From assembly GCA_963840035.1 (NCBI GenBank), contig CAWIXE010000001.1, forward strand, positions 960,001 through 1,024,000: a DNA stretch of 64,000 nt, in the 5' to 3' direction. The position numbers were made by a program, and so were the translations under genes. Origin of the DNA: a candidate division FCPU426 bacterium (GTDB taxonomy: Bacteria > Oederibacteriota > PGYV01 > Palsa-1178). Below, in pieces: positions 45,813-56,770 of the stretch (position 1 is the stretch's first letter; every line of letters begins with the position of its first letter). Under the pieces are notes generated by a model. That model worked only from the letters and a program-made list of their open reading frames with translations, had not been told where the DNA came from and ran no database searches.

Positions 45813-48321
45813 ATGAAAGCCATTATTTTAGCCGGCGGTTTTGGAACCCGCCTTCGCCCTCTTACCACCAATATCCCCAAACCAATGGCACCTGTAATGA
45901 ACACGCCCATGCTCGAGCATATCATCAACCTTATAAAGAAAAACGGCATCACGGAAATAACCATGATGCTTTACTTTCAGCCTGAGGTAATATCGGGCTA
46001 CTTCAGGGACGGCTCGGATTTCGGGGTTAAGATAAACTACCTGACTTCGGAAAGCGACCTTGGGACAGCGGGATGTATTACTCTTGCAAAAGAACAGATG
46101 AAAGATGACGATTTTATCATAGTAAGCGGTGACGTTTTGACCAACTTTAACCTCTCAGACGCCATTGAATTCCATAAGAAGAACGCGGCCATCGGCACTA
46201 TCGTGCTGACAAAGACCACGGACCCGCTGCGCTACGGCATTGTAGTAACTGAGAAGGACGGCAGGGTTAAAAGGCTTCTGGAAAAACCATCCTGGGGAGA
46301 AGTTTTCTCGGATACAATCAATACCGGTATCTACGTATTCTCACCCGAGGTTTTTAAATACATACCAATGGGCGTGGATTTTGACTTTTCAAAACAGCTC
46401 TTTCCGGCTCTTCTTGCAAAGAACGAAAAGCTGTACGGTTTTACCGGCGAAGGCTACTGGAAGGACATCGGCACGCTCGCCGAATACAGGCAGGTTCATG
46501 AGGACATTCTCAATGGCGAAATAGACTGCGAGATAAAGGGCGAAAGAAAGGGCAAGATAGGCCGTGATGTATGGGTGGGAAAGAACGTAAAGATAAGCCC
46601 TAAGGCAAAACTAAAGGATTCTGTCGTAATCGGAAACAACGTCACAATAGAAGACGGCGCTGAGATATCAAACACGGTAATCGGCGATAATGTCTACATA
46701 GACAACGGCGCGAAAATTGTGCGCTCAATCATTTGGAACAACAATGTCATAGAAAAGGAAGTTGATATTAAAGAGGCTGTGGTCGGCAATAATAACAAGA
46801 TACGCTATAAAGCCTATATCGGCGTCGGCGCAGTTATTTCTGACAACTGTTTTGTCGGCAAAGAGTCGGTTATCAAACCCGAAGTAAAACTCTGGCCAAA
46901 TAAGATAGTAGACGACTTTTCAGTGGTATCGTCCTCGCTTATCCACGGCGAGCGCTGGTCAAACAGGCTTTTTGATATCTACGGCATCACGTCCATGGCA
47001 AATATCGAACTTACGCCGGAGATTGGCGCGAAAATAGGCGCGGCTTACGGCTCCACCTTTAAAAAGGGAAGCTACATATTGATGTCGCGCGATTATCACA
47101 GGACTTCGTTCATGTTAGAGCGTGCCATAATGTCGGGCATACTTTCCTCGGGGGTCAATATTTACGACTTCCGCATCATGCCTTTGCCCGTGACAAAGTT
47201 CGTCGCAAAGTCGCTGAAAGTGGCGGGCGGAATGCACATCAGGAAGTCGCCTTATGACGAGAAAATGATAGACATAAAATTCTTCGACGCGGACGGCATG
47301 GACATAGGCTTAAACCAGGAAAAATCCATCGAGAGCTCGTTTTTCCGCGAGGAATACCGCAGGGCTGACAACGACTCCATAGGCGTCATATCATACCCGC
47401 CGCGCGCGCTGGAGTATTACAAGGACGGCTTCATGAAGGCAGTGGATTTTGACCTTATTAAAAAGCGCAGGCTTCAGGGTTATCATTGATTATTCCTACT
47501 CGAACGCGCTGAACATATTCCCGTCGATACTCGGCGAGCTTAACTGCGAAGTCATAGCGCTAAACGCCTACAATGACGAGAAGAGGCTTACCAGGACAGG
47601 CGAAAAGTTTGAGGATTCGCTCGAAAAAATCGGCGAGATGGTAAAAACGCTTAAGGCTGACGCGGGTGTCATGATAGACGCCGGAGCGCAGAAGATATTT
47701 GTCGTAGACGACGCGGGAAAAGTACTTGTGGATGACGACGCTCTGATAGTCATGTCCAAGCTCTTTCTGGCAAGGAACAAGGGCGCTTCGGTTGCCGTTC
47801 CCGTCAACGTGGCCACTGCTGTGGACAGGGCCATAGAAGCGGCCGGAGGCAAGCCCTTCAGGGTCGGCACAAGCTACCGCGCCATGATGACCGCGGCCAA
47901 TACCAAGAAAGCGGATTTTGTCATGGAGGAAAAGGGCGGCTACATATTCTCGGCTTTCCAGCCTACCTTTGACGCCATGATGTCCACTGTAAAATTCCTT
48001 GAATGCCTGGCTGCGTACGGCAAGCCGCTTTCAACACTGACAGACGCCATACCTTCATACATTAAGATAGTGGATTCGGTGGTGGTGCCGTGGGAAAAAC
48101 GCGGCCACGTCATGATGGAACTGGCAGCGCTTAAGGATAACAATACCGATGAAGACATTGAAGGCATACAGTTCAAAGACGGAGACTCAAGGGTGCTCAT
48201 AATACCGGACAACGACAGGCCGGTATTCCAGATATATGTGGAAGCAAAGACAAAACAGGGCGCAAAGGCATTACTCGAAAAGAACAAGAAATTTTTGGGG
48301 AAGTTTGTCGAGAAGATCTGA
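45813..48321 (+). CDS. Bifunctional mannose-1-phosphate guanylyltransferase / phosphomannomutase-like protein, frameshifted near 47460
   Basis: LAGGFGTRLRPLT..PKP, hexapeptide repeats, PGM-like domain continuing as AGFRVIIDYS in the 47449 ORF. Confidence 0.85.
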
Positions 48322-48353
48322 TTTTCAATTTTAAATTTTGAATTTTCAATTAT

Positions 48354-48385
48354 AAACAGGGCGCGCAAACGCCCTGTTTTTCTTT
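48354..48385 (+). terminator. Rho-independent terminator
   Basis: AAACAGGGCG..CGCCCTGTTT plus T tract. Confidence 0.8.
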
Positions 48386-48531
48386 GCATTTAAGGCTTTA
48401 ATTGAAAATTGAAAGTATTGAATTGAAAATTTGACGTAAAAAAACATATAGCAAAAACCCCCAAAATTTGATAAATTATTACATCGTTTTAATTGAAAAT
48501 TTCAAATTGAAAATTCAAAATTGGAGTTTAT

Positions 48532-50313
48532 ATGAAAAACACTGTCGCGGTAATCGGAAGCGTAAATCTTGACATACTGGTAAAGACTGAAGCCATGCCT
48601 GAGAGGGGCGAGACCATTTCCGGGGATGAAGTCCACTTCCTGCCGGGCGGCAAGGGCGCGAACCAGGCTGTGTCAATCGCCAGGCTCGGTAAAAAGGTGA
48701 ATTTTGTGGCGAAAACCGGAAAAGACACCGTGCCGGGCAATGCCATAAAGAATTTAACCCACCCTAATATTAATTTAAAATACATGATAACGGACAGCGC
48801 CCTTATAACAGGGATAGCTCTTGTCAATACGACCGGAAAAAAAGGGAACAAGGTTACCTGGTACACGGGAGCCAATAATTTCCTGACCCCGGCAGACATT
48901 GAAAAGTCTTCGGAAGCAATCCAGAACTCGTCAATTGTGCTTATCTGCACCGAACTTCCGGTGGCAACGGCGAAAAAGGCCGTGGAACTCGCGAAAAAAT
49001 TCGGCAAGAAAATAATAATATCTATCGGCGCGTTAACCGGAAAAAAGAGGGAGGACATCATGTCCCTTTTAGACGGCGCGTACCTCGTGGTTATGAATGA
49101 AAAAGAGGGCGGATACCTTTCAAACAGGGTCATCTCGCACATGGAGACAGGAAACCTAACAGGCAAGGAACTCCTGGCAAAGGGCGTCGAGAACGTCATA
49201 ATAACAATGGGCCGCGAGGCTTTATTTGTAAACGCGAAAGGCGCTGAAGTGTTCCCGGGCTACGGCGTGAAAGTCGTGGACACCATCGGAGGCGGGGACG
49301 CATTCGCGGGCGCGCTTACTGTGGCGATACTTGAAGGCAAGCCGATGGCCGAGGCCATAGATTTTGCCAACGCGTCAGGCGGGATGAATTCCATGTTCAC
49401 GGGCGCGCAGGAAGGAATGCCTGAGAGGGACAAGCTCGACAGCTTTGTTTCCAAAAGAAGCGGCGAGGGCGGACACTACAGGGATTACAATGACACCATA
49501 AAAATGCTGGAAAAACGCACGACAAAAATGCGCGTTAATATAATCAAGATGCTCGGCTGTTCCAAATCAGGGCACCCGGGAGGGTCGCTTTCAGCCATTG
49601 ATATTGTATCCACACTTTACCTTCACACCATGAACGTGGACCCGAAGAACCCTAAAAAAGAGGACCGCGATAAATTCGTATTATCAAAAGGCCACGGCGC
49701 TCCCGCTTTATACGCGGCGCTTGCGGAAGCCGGATTTTTTCCCGAGGAAAAACTGTGGCAGCTTCGCAAGATTGACAATGACTTATCAGGCCACCCGGAC
49801 ATGAAAAAAACCCCGGGTGTTGATATGACCACGGGTTCGCTCGGGCAGGGGCTCTCGGTAGGAAACGGCATGGCGCTCGCGGCGAAGCTTAAAGGGCTTC
49901 CGACCAGGGTATATGTGATGATGGGCGACGGCGAGATGCAGGAAGGCCAGATATGGGAAGCGGCCATGACCTCGTACCACAGGAGGCTTGATAATGTCTG
50001 CGCCATACTTGACTACAACGGCCTGCAGATAGACGGCTCAATCGGCGAGGTAAAGTCGGGCTTAGAGCCGCTCGTGGAAAAATGGAAGGCGTTTAACTGG
50101 AACGTCATAGAGATAGACGGGCATAATTATGAGCAGATAATAGAGGCGTTTGAAGCGGCGAAAGCTTACAAAGGCGCGCCGAGCATAATAATCGCAAGGA
50201 CCGTCAAAGGCAAGGGAGTATCATTCATGGAGAGGAAGGTCGAGTATCACGGCGTAGCGCCCACACCGGACGAGGAAAAGCGCGCGTTAAAAGAACTCGG
50301 CTGTGGTGAGTAA
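48532..50313 (+). CDS. Fusion: PfkB/ribokinase + transketolase N-terminal (TPP-binding) subunit
   Basis: GSVNLD, PGGKGANQAV, DTIGGGDAF; then SGHPGGSLS, LSKGH, TGSLGQG, GDGEMQEG, HG. Confidence 0.9.
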   Translation: MKNTVAVIGSVNLDILVKTEAMPERGETISGDEVHFLPGGKGANQAVSIARLGKKVNFVAKTGKDTVPGNAIKNLTHPNINLKYMITDSALITGIALVNTTGKKGNKVTWYTGANNFLTPADIEKSSEAIQNSSIVLICTELPVATAKKAVELAKKFGKKIIISIGALTGKKREDIMSLLDGAYLVVMNEKEGGYLSNRVISHMETGNLTGKELLAKGVENVIITMGREALFVNAKGAEVFPGYGVKVVDTIGGGDAFAGALTVAILEGKPMAEAIDFANASGGMNSMFTGAQEGMPERDKLDSFVSKRSGEGGHYRDYNDTIKMLEKRTTKMRVNIIKMLGCSKSGHPGGSLSAIDIVSTLYLHTMNVDPKNPKKEDRDKFVLSKGHGAPALYAALAEAGFFPEEKLWQLRKIDNDLSGHPDMKKTPGVDMTTGSLGQGLSVGNGMALAAKLKGLPTRVYVMMGDGEMQEGQIWEAAMTSYHRRLDNVCAILDYNGLQIDGSIGEVKSGLEPLVEKWKAFNWNVIEIDGHNYEQIIEAFEAAKAYKGAPSIIIARTVKGKGVSFMERKVEYHGVAPTPDEEKRALKELGCGE

Positions 50314-50314
50314 C

Positions 50315-51328
50315 ATGGCTAAAACATCGATGAGAGGCGTTTACGGAGAGACGCTTGTAAAGTTAGGCGCCAAGTATAAAAATATAGTCGTGCTGGACGC
50401 GGACCTGGCGAAATCCACGCAGACAGGAAAGTTCGGCAAGGCGTTTCCCGACAGGTTCTTTGACATGGGCATAGCCGAGCAGGACATGATAGGGACGGCA
50501 GCGGGGCTGGCAGCCTCGGGCATGAACCCTTTTGCCTCAACTTTTGCCATGTTCGGCTCAGGCAGGCCCTGGGAGCAGATAAGGAACTCAGTGGCATACC
50601 CGAAACTTCCGGTTAAGATAGTCGTAACCCACGCGGGAATTTCCGTCGGAGAGGACGGCCCCACGCACCAGGCATGCGAGGACATATCCATAATGAGGTC
50701 CATCCCGAACATGAAAGTGGTGGCGCCCGCTGATTCGGTGGAGACCGAGAAACTCATAGAGTACCTGGCTGAGTATTATGATTCTCCGGTATATGTAAGG
50801 CTCACCAGGATGAATACAGATGTCGTATTCGGTCCGGATTATAAATTCGTATTCGGCAAGGGCATCATCATGAGGAAGGGAACGGATATCACCATAATAA
50901 GCACGGGCATAATGCTTTTCCAGGCGCTTGGAGCCGCTGATATCCTGAAGTCAAAAGGGATATCCGCTGAAGTCATCCACATGCCCACGATTAAGCCCAT
51001 AGACGAGAAGATGATAATTGCCTCTGCGAAAAAGACGGGAAAAGTCATAACGATAGAGGAACACTCCATAATAGGCGGACTCGGTTCTGCCGTCGCAGAA
51101 GTGCTTTCCGAGAAGCTGCCGGTTAAGATGAAAAGGGTGGGCGTTAATGACCTGTTCGCGGAGTCAGGAGTGCCGGAAGCTCTGTTTGAGAAGTATGGAC
51201 TTACCCCGGAAAATCTGGCAAAGCAGGCAAAAGCGCTGGTTGGCGATTCTAAAGTTGTTAAAAAATTGAGCAAGGCTTTTAAGGTTAAATCAGTTAAGGT
51301 GACGAAAGCAAAGAAGAAAAAGAAGTAA
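50315..51328 (+). CDS. Transketolase C-terminal subunit
   Basis: LDADLAKST, GIAEQDM, GEDGPTHQ, EEHSIIGGLG. Confidence 0.93.
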   Translation: MAKTSMRGVYGETLVKLGAKYKNIVVLDADLAKSTQTGKFGKAFPDRFFDMGIAEQDMIGTAAGLAASGMNPFASTFAMFGSGRPWEQIRNSVAYPKLPVKIVVTHAGISVGEDGPTHQACEDISIMRSIPNMKVVAPADSVETEKLIEYLAEYYDSPVYVRLTRMNTDVVFGPDYKFVFGKGIIMRKGTDITIISTGIMLFQALGAADILKSKGISAEVIHMPTIKPIDEKMIIASAKKTGKVITIEEHSIIGGLGSAVAEVLSEKLPVKMKRVGVNDLFAESGVPEALFEKYGLTPENLAKQAKALVGDSKVVKKLSKAFKVKSVKVTKAKKKKK

Positions 51329-51330
51329 GG

Positions 51331-51915
51331 GCCTCAGAAATCCTTCTCTTATCTCCCTTTCTGAAACAAAGGGAGACGATTAGTGGAGGAGTCTTTTGGT
51401 TGAGGCGGAATTATACAACGGAGTTTTTTTCAAAAACTGACTGACATATGTTAATGAGGGGCGTATGTATAGTTATAAATACAATAACAAATCAAAAGGC
51501 CAGGCGCGGTTTCTGCGCAATAATATGACAGCGGCTGAGAAAGTCCTATGGAATCATTACCTGAAAAAATCAAAATTCAGATATCTTAGACAGAAGCCAA
51601 TAGAAGGTTTTATCGCGGATTTTTACTGTGCTAAGTTGAAGTTGGTTATAGAACTGGATGGAATCACACATGAATTTTCAACATCAAAGAAACGGGACAA
51701 GAAACGAACTGACAGATTCAATAAATATGATATTAAAGTAATAAGATTTAAGAATGAAGAGGTGTTTAATAAGCTGAACGGGGTTGTAGGCGAGATTAAA
51801 CGTATTGAAGAAGAAGAAAACGGAAGGGTTGCCCATTCGCCTCAAGTTAAAGACTCCTCAAGCGGTCGTCCCTCTTTGTTTCAGAAAGAGGGATAAGAGG
51901 GTGATTTCTGAAGTC
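51331..51915. mobile_element. DUF559 cassette bounded by ~80-bp imperfect terminal inverted repeats
   Basis: 51331-51411 is the approximate reverse complement of 51835-51915; AT-rich interior. Confidence 0.7.
51465..51896 (+). CDS. DUF559 (Vsr-like PD-(D/E)XK) endonuclease
   Basis: ARFLRNNMTAAEKVLW, RQKPI..FIADFYC, LVIELDG..H, RD..R, VIRF.NEEV. Confidence 0.92.
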   Translation: MYSYKYNNKSKGQARFLRNNMTAAEKVLWNHYLKKSKFRYLRQKPIEGFIADFYCAKLKLVIELDGITHEFSTSKKRDKKRTDRFNKYDIKVIRFKNEEVFNKLNGVVGEIKRIEEEENGRVAHSPQVKDSSSGRPSLFQKEG

Positions 51916-51961
51916 TTAACGCGGAACCGCTAAAAATATAATAAATAATTAGGGAGACTAT

Positions 51962-53047
51962 ATGTCAAAAAAGATATTTAAATGGGTTTTTATTTCGTTA
52001 ATAATAACGACAATTGTATTTGTTGTATTTGCATTTAACACTCCCGGCAGCACGCCTGCCATAAAAGGCGCGGACCGGAAGCCTCTGGCCGGCAGCATTG
52101 CCGCTCTTGAACAGGTGGAGCTCGGCGGAGTAAAACAGTGGGTATTAATGCGCGGTTATGACACTTCGAAACCTGTTCTTCTTATCCTTCACGGCGGGCC
52201 GGGTTCGCCTGAGATGCCTATGGTCAGGGCTTATAATTCCGGACTGGAAAAGAATTTTATTGTAGTAAACTGGGACCAGCGCGGGGCAGGCAAGTCATAT
52301 TCGAAAAGCATTAAGCCGGAAACCATGAAGATCGCGCTTTTCGTATCTGACGCTGAAGAACTGGTTAATTACCTAAGAAAAAGGTTCAACAAGGACAAGA
52401 TTTATATTGAGGGACATTCGTGGGGATCGGCCTTGGGGACGCTGCTTGTCCAGAAGATTCCACAGTATGTTAAAGCATATATAGCCGTGGGTCAGGTCAG
52501 CAACATGATTGAAAGCGAAAAGAATGTTTATAATTATGTTCTGGCGCAAGCACAGGCAAAAGGCGATAAGAAAGCCATGAAGGAACTTGAATCAGCCAAA
52601 AGTCTGGCTGACGGCGACCTGAAAAAAATCATGGTCCAGAGAAAATGGTCCATGAAATACGGCGGGCTTATTTACAAAGACCCGATGAAACTCCTATCGG
52701 GGTCATTCTCAAAGTCGCCTGAATACTCCTTAAGAGACGCGCTTATTAATTATTATTCCGGATCAAAACTTTCACTTTACAGCATGTGGGATGAGCTGGT
52801 AAAGGGCGACATGTTTACTTCGGCCGCCGTATGGAAAGTACCGGTATATTTCATCATTGGCAGGCACGATACCACTATAGACCCGTATCTGGCCGAGAAA
52901 TACTTTAATTACCTGAAGGCGCCCAAAAAGAAGTTCTTCTGGTTTGAGAATTCGTCGCATATGGCCGCGTACGAGGAACCGGAGAAGTACGAAAATATTA
53001 TGGTAAATACTGTCCTGATTGATAACGAAGTACCAAATAAAAAATAA
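51962..53047 (+). CDS. Alpha/beta hydrolase (proline iminopeptidase-like)
   Basis: LHGGPG, WDQRGAGKS, GHSWG, GRHD, FENSSH. Confidence 0.9.
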   Translation: MSKKIFKWVFISLIITTIVFVVFAFNTPGSTPAIKGADRKPLAGSIAALEQVELGGVKQWVLMRGYDTSKPVLLILHGGPGSPEMPMVRAYNSGLEKNFIVVNWDQRGAGKSYSKSIKPETMKIALFVSDAEELVNYLRKRFNKDKIYIEGHSWGSALGTLLVQKIPQYVKAYIAVGQVSNMIESEKNVYNYVLAQAQAKGDKKAMKELESAKSLADGDLKKIMVQRKWSMKYGGLIYKDPMKLLSGSFSKSPEYSLRDALINYYSGSKLSLYSMWDELVKGDMFTSAAVWKVPVYFIIGRHDTTIDPYLAEKYFNYLKAPKKKFFWFENSSHMAAYEEPEKYENIMVNTVLIDNEVPNKK

Positions 53048-53061
53048 TAAGCGGAGGTTTT

Positions 53062-53574
53062 ATGGAACTCAATGAAAAGACAATAAACACTAACAGGCAG
53101 CTGATATACTGGCAGCTGGCGTTATCGCCGCTTATTTACCTGGTAATGTGCGAGCTGCTGATTAAATATGTATTTAAAGCCGGCCAGACGGGGTTTGTGC
53201 CGCTTCCGGCCGTACAATACGGGATGATTAAAACGGGGCTTATCATACTGGCTGCCATCGAGGCCGGTTTTATCCTCAGCATCAGGATGTGCATACACTC
53301 AGGCAATCTGACGTGGCCGGGCAGCATGATACTGAAGCCCTATGTGGGACGCAAAGGAAATGAATACGCCATAGAACAGGGCTTCATGATAATGATACTC
53401 GCAATCTGCGTTTCAATATCCGTGTACGGACTCACGCTGTTTTTCTTAAACGGCATCAGGCTGGACGCGTATGCTTTTATGGGCGTTTCGCAGGCGCTCA
53501 CGCTGCTCTTTATGCCGACGAAGGTCTATACCGATAAATTCAGGGCGCTCAAAAGCAGCGCGGTGAATAAATAG
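53062..53574 (+). CDS. Hypothetical membrane protein (4 TM)
   Basis: RBS GGAGG; hydrophobic segments. Confidence 0.7.
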   Translation: MELNEKTINTNRQLIYWQLALSPLIYLVMCELLIKYVFKAGQTGFVPLPAVQYGMIKTGLIILAAIEAGFILSIRMCIHSGNLTWPGSMILKPYVGRKGNEYAIEQGFMIMILAICVSISVYGLTLFFLNGIRLDAYAFMGVSQALTLLFMPTKVYTDKFRALKSSAVNK

Positions 53575-53884
53575 GGATTTGCCGGAGTTTTTGATTTGAT
53601 CAGGGATTGTGCGTAATTTCAAAAAAAATAATGCAAATATAACAATTATTGCCTTATCCCCCGGAGAGGGAATAAAAGAATGATACTTAATTTACGTATT
53701 GTTACAACAATGGCTTAGAAAAAAACCTTGCGTTTTTATACTGTTTTTTGTAATATATTCACGTACGAGGGGTTACGGGACACAACTAAAATTCAGACTT
53801 AAATCAAAATCTGTAACTATATTTTTTTGCGTATTTATTTATGCGTTTAACCAAACCGCGTACAAGGCGCGGGGCTAGGGATAT

Positions 53885-55147
53885 ATGGAGGGTGCTACAG
53901 TGTTTAAAAAGGGGATTATTATATTTACTTCGATGGCTATTGCCGCGCTTGTCATTACTTCGTGCGGTAAGGAAACTCCGGGAGGGCCTCTGGGCGTGAA
54001 TAAAATAAAATTGACATACACACCTACCGCTACACCGGATGTGTCTTTCTGCGTTAGAATCTGTCAGGAGCAGACACCTGTGTCAGACGTTGCTGTCAGC
54101 GTATATTCAATTGATACAGGGGTTACTCTTACATCCAAAACAGCCACAGACGGTATAGCCGGGTTTCCTGTGCATAATGGCGGGGAGTGGCGGGTGGATG
54201 TGGCTTCGTTTAACGGTTTTGATACGAGGCAGGCAATAGTAGAACCTGTTGGAAACAGCGTGTGCGTACTGAACTATGGCATACCATGGCTCGAAGTGGA
54301 GTTACTAAGCGGGAGTGAAATGGTGCCTATAGCTGGGGAAACTTTGCAGTACAAGGTAACATATCATACAAAACACCCGAGGCTGGAAAGTATCAGTTTT
54401 AGTTTTGGTGAGACGTTACAAGTATCGCCCAAAAACCAGGTTGTTAGGGGAAATATGGATTTTAAAATATATGACATAATAATACCAAAAAGTTTTGAAA
54501 ATTATGAATCTGACAAAAAGACACTAAAATTTACTATAATAGGGCGGCCGACAGAGGGAGATAATACCGAGTCAGCAAAAAGAACACTGACAAAAGACTG
54601 GTATATGGTTGTAATTGCAAAGTATCATTTCATGGCAATATATGATTATTATGGCAAAGGGCAATATACGTCATATTACGCGGGAATAGAAGAAGCAAAT
54701 CTGTCGTATTCGCATAACGTTAACTGGAACCCGCCGATAAATTATGAAGTGATAGCGGCGGCAAGTTCAGGCGATGCCGGGGAGGAAACTCCGGTATTAA
54801 CGAATATCACGGTTCCTTCCTGGACGGATTTTGGGAATATTGTGGCTGCCGGACGCATACCAACCAATAACGGATGGGACTACGCAAGCAGTCATCCTGA
54901 TAATAATGGATGGGTTAAAATCCGTTTTTATGACCAGGGTGATGTGGACATAGTGCGGACTTTCAGCACTACAAACGGCTGGGGCATAGCATGCGCGTAT
55001 GGAGACTGTGTACCTGTGCCGTTACCTCCTAATCCGGGTTCAAAAAAATGCGGGGCAATACCTCCCGGAAGTTGTTTCTTAGGATTTACATATTTACCGT
55101 CGAGAGTATACCGGGAAAGAAAAGAAACTATAACTTTGCAGGAATAA
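53885..55147 (+). CDS. Lipoprotein with carboxypeptidase-regulatory/Ig-like domain (start possibly GTG 53900)
   Basis: Lipobox ITSC; beta-rich; SKTATDGIA. Confidence 0.65.
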   Translation: MEGATVFKKGIIIFTSMAIAALVITSCGKETPGGPLGVNKIKLTYTPTATPDVSFCVRICQEQTPVSDVAVSVYSIDTGVTLTSKTATDGIAGFPVHNGGEWRVDVASFNGFDTRQAIVEPVGNSVCVLNYGIPWLEVELLSGSEMVPIAGETLQYKVTYHTKHPRLESISFSFGETLQVSPKNQVVRGNMDFKIYDIIIPKSFENYESDKKTLKFTIIGRPTEGDNTESAKRTLTKDWYMVVIAKYHFMAIYDYYGKGQYTSYYAGIEEANLSYSHNVNWNPPINYEVIAAASSGDAGEETPVLTNITVPSWTDFGNIVAAGRIPTNNGWDYASSHPDNNGWVKIRFYDQGDVDIVRTFSTTNGWGIACAYGDCVPVPLPPNPGSKKCGAIPPGSCFLGFTYLPSRVYRERKETITLQE

Positions 55148-55161
55148 AAATGGAGGTAATA

Positions 55162-55887
55162 ATGGAAAAAGTCATGAGGTTATTGGTAATTATTGTTTTC
55201 GTAACATTGTTTTCATCGTGCGTGACAAAAGGCCCGGCCGGGCCCACAGGCCCTGCAGGCCCGCAGACTCCGGGGCTGAACTATACCAGGGTCTTCCAGC
55301 AAGGGGTATACTCAAGCACATATTCAGGACAGGTACAGGCAGAATTATGCACGTGGACATCAGGAACAACATATACAAGTAATCTCAATCCTCTGGGCGT
55401 TGGCGCAAAAGTAACAGACGGATCAGATGATTACAGGACGATAATAAAGTTTAATCTAGAAAGCTTGCCAAGTACTAAAATAATTGTTGATAAGGCCGAA
55501 TTAACACTTCATACAACATCGCTGTCAATGGGGGGTGGTGCTGATAACATGGAAATACATAAAGTTATAGCGCCATGGACTATATATTTTGCCAGGTGGG
55601 GATCGGCATCAAGCGGAGTGCCGTGGACAAACGACGGCGGTGACTTTTCGGCGGCAACCATGACAGCAAACGCCGCGTTCTACGACATTGCCGCTGACAG
55701 CGAATATACAATCGGGCTGGCTCCGGAGGTCGTTCAGGACTGGATGGAAAACCCGGCAACGAATTACGGCATGTTTCTAAAAGTTCAGGACGAACTTAAA
55801 ATAAATTTTGCGCAGTTTTATTCATCCGGAGCGGTATTGCCTTCAAACAGGCCAATGTTAAAGATTTGGTATTATACAATCGAATAA
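55162..55887 (+). CDS. DNRLRE-domain lipoprotein with short collagen-like linker
   Basis: FSSC lipobox, GPAGPTGPAGP, RTIIKFNL, VQDW..NP..NYG, SS..RPML. Confidence 0.75.
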   Translation: MEKVMRLLVIIVFVTLFSSCVTKGPAGPTGPAGPQTPGLNYTRVFQQGVYSSTYSGQVQAELCTWTSGTTYTSNLNPLGVGAKVTDGSDDYRTIIKFNLESLPSTKIIVDKAELTLHTTSLSMGGGADNMEIHKVIAPWTIYFARWGSASSGVPWTNDGGDFSAATMTANAAFYDIAADSEYTIGLAPEVVQDWMENPATNYGMFLKVQDELKINFAQFYSSGAVLPSNRPMLKIWYYTIE

Positions 55888-55912
55888 TAATTTAAAAATA
55901 TGGGGGGTTAAA

Positions 55913-56040
55913 ATGGTGAAAAGTTATGGCTGTTTTTATCGGTTTTATTTGTTTTTGCAGTTTTTATGCCGGGGTGCGGGAAAAATCCGACTGCGCCTCA
56001 GACGGATAATGTCAAAAGAATCAGCAAAGCTACCATGTAA
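55913..56040 (+). pseudogene. Truncated/frameshifted lipoprotein remnant
   Basis: ATG GTG AAA then -1 shift into KLWLFLSVLFVFAVFMPGCGKNPTAP; stops after about 40 aa. Confidence 0.5.
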
Positions 56041-56165
56041 GTAGTTTTTGAACACGAGAACGGGATTGATAATAACAAAATATTTGAAAACATTCAGGAG
56101 TACAAAATATTATTTGAGTATTAATCACGCAGGGCTTGTAACTATAGAGGGGTTTTTGCGTGCTG

Positions 56166-56200
56166 AGGCGGCGGGTAAAACCGCCGCCTTTATAATTATT
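56166..56200 (+). terminator. Probable terminator
   Basis: AGGCGGCGG..CCGCCGCCT plus TT. Confidence 0.6.
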
Positions 56201-56770
56201 TTTTTTGCCATATTCTACAGGACAAAATAGTGGCCGCAAAACTTGAGAAATCAACAGTCATGTGCTATAATAGTACTGAAAGAGAAAGAGAAACAGAAAG
56301 GGAACAGAAATAGCACCGGAAAGAGTCCCGGAAATAGCACGAGAACGGGAAGCGGAAAGAGCACCGGAAACAGTACCAGCAACAGGAGTTGCACCAGAAC
56401 CAGCTGTAGAAGTCCTGCAGTAGAACGGTTCTGGGGCGGTTTGGGTAAACACTCGAGAAGAACGGGCCTAACAAAAGCCTAAATGATTAAAAATCTCCTC
56501 CGAGAATGCCTGAATCGCCTCCCTTTTTTTTATACCCCCGGATATACCCGCCACAATCCACATATTTTCTATCAAACAGCAAGATGCTTAACTACTTAAG
56601 CAAAAACAACGTTTTTTCACTCATTTATCCTGGTTTTCACGTACATACTGTGATGATTAATGCGTTAACCCCGGCATGTAAATATTTTGTCATAGGGGCT
56701 AAATTTGACTTCAGTTAGACAGGGATATACAATTGATATAAGATATAAAAACATATATAGAGGGGTTTTT

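Noticed and set aside
53845..53880. c-di-GMP riboswitch-like hairpin upstream of the lipoprotein gene
   Set aside because: Lacks the GGCAAAC/GAAA tetraloop and second-stem consensus
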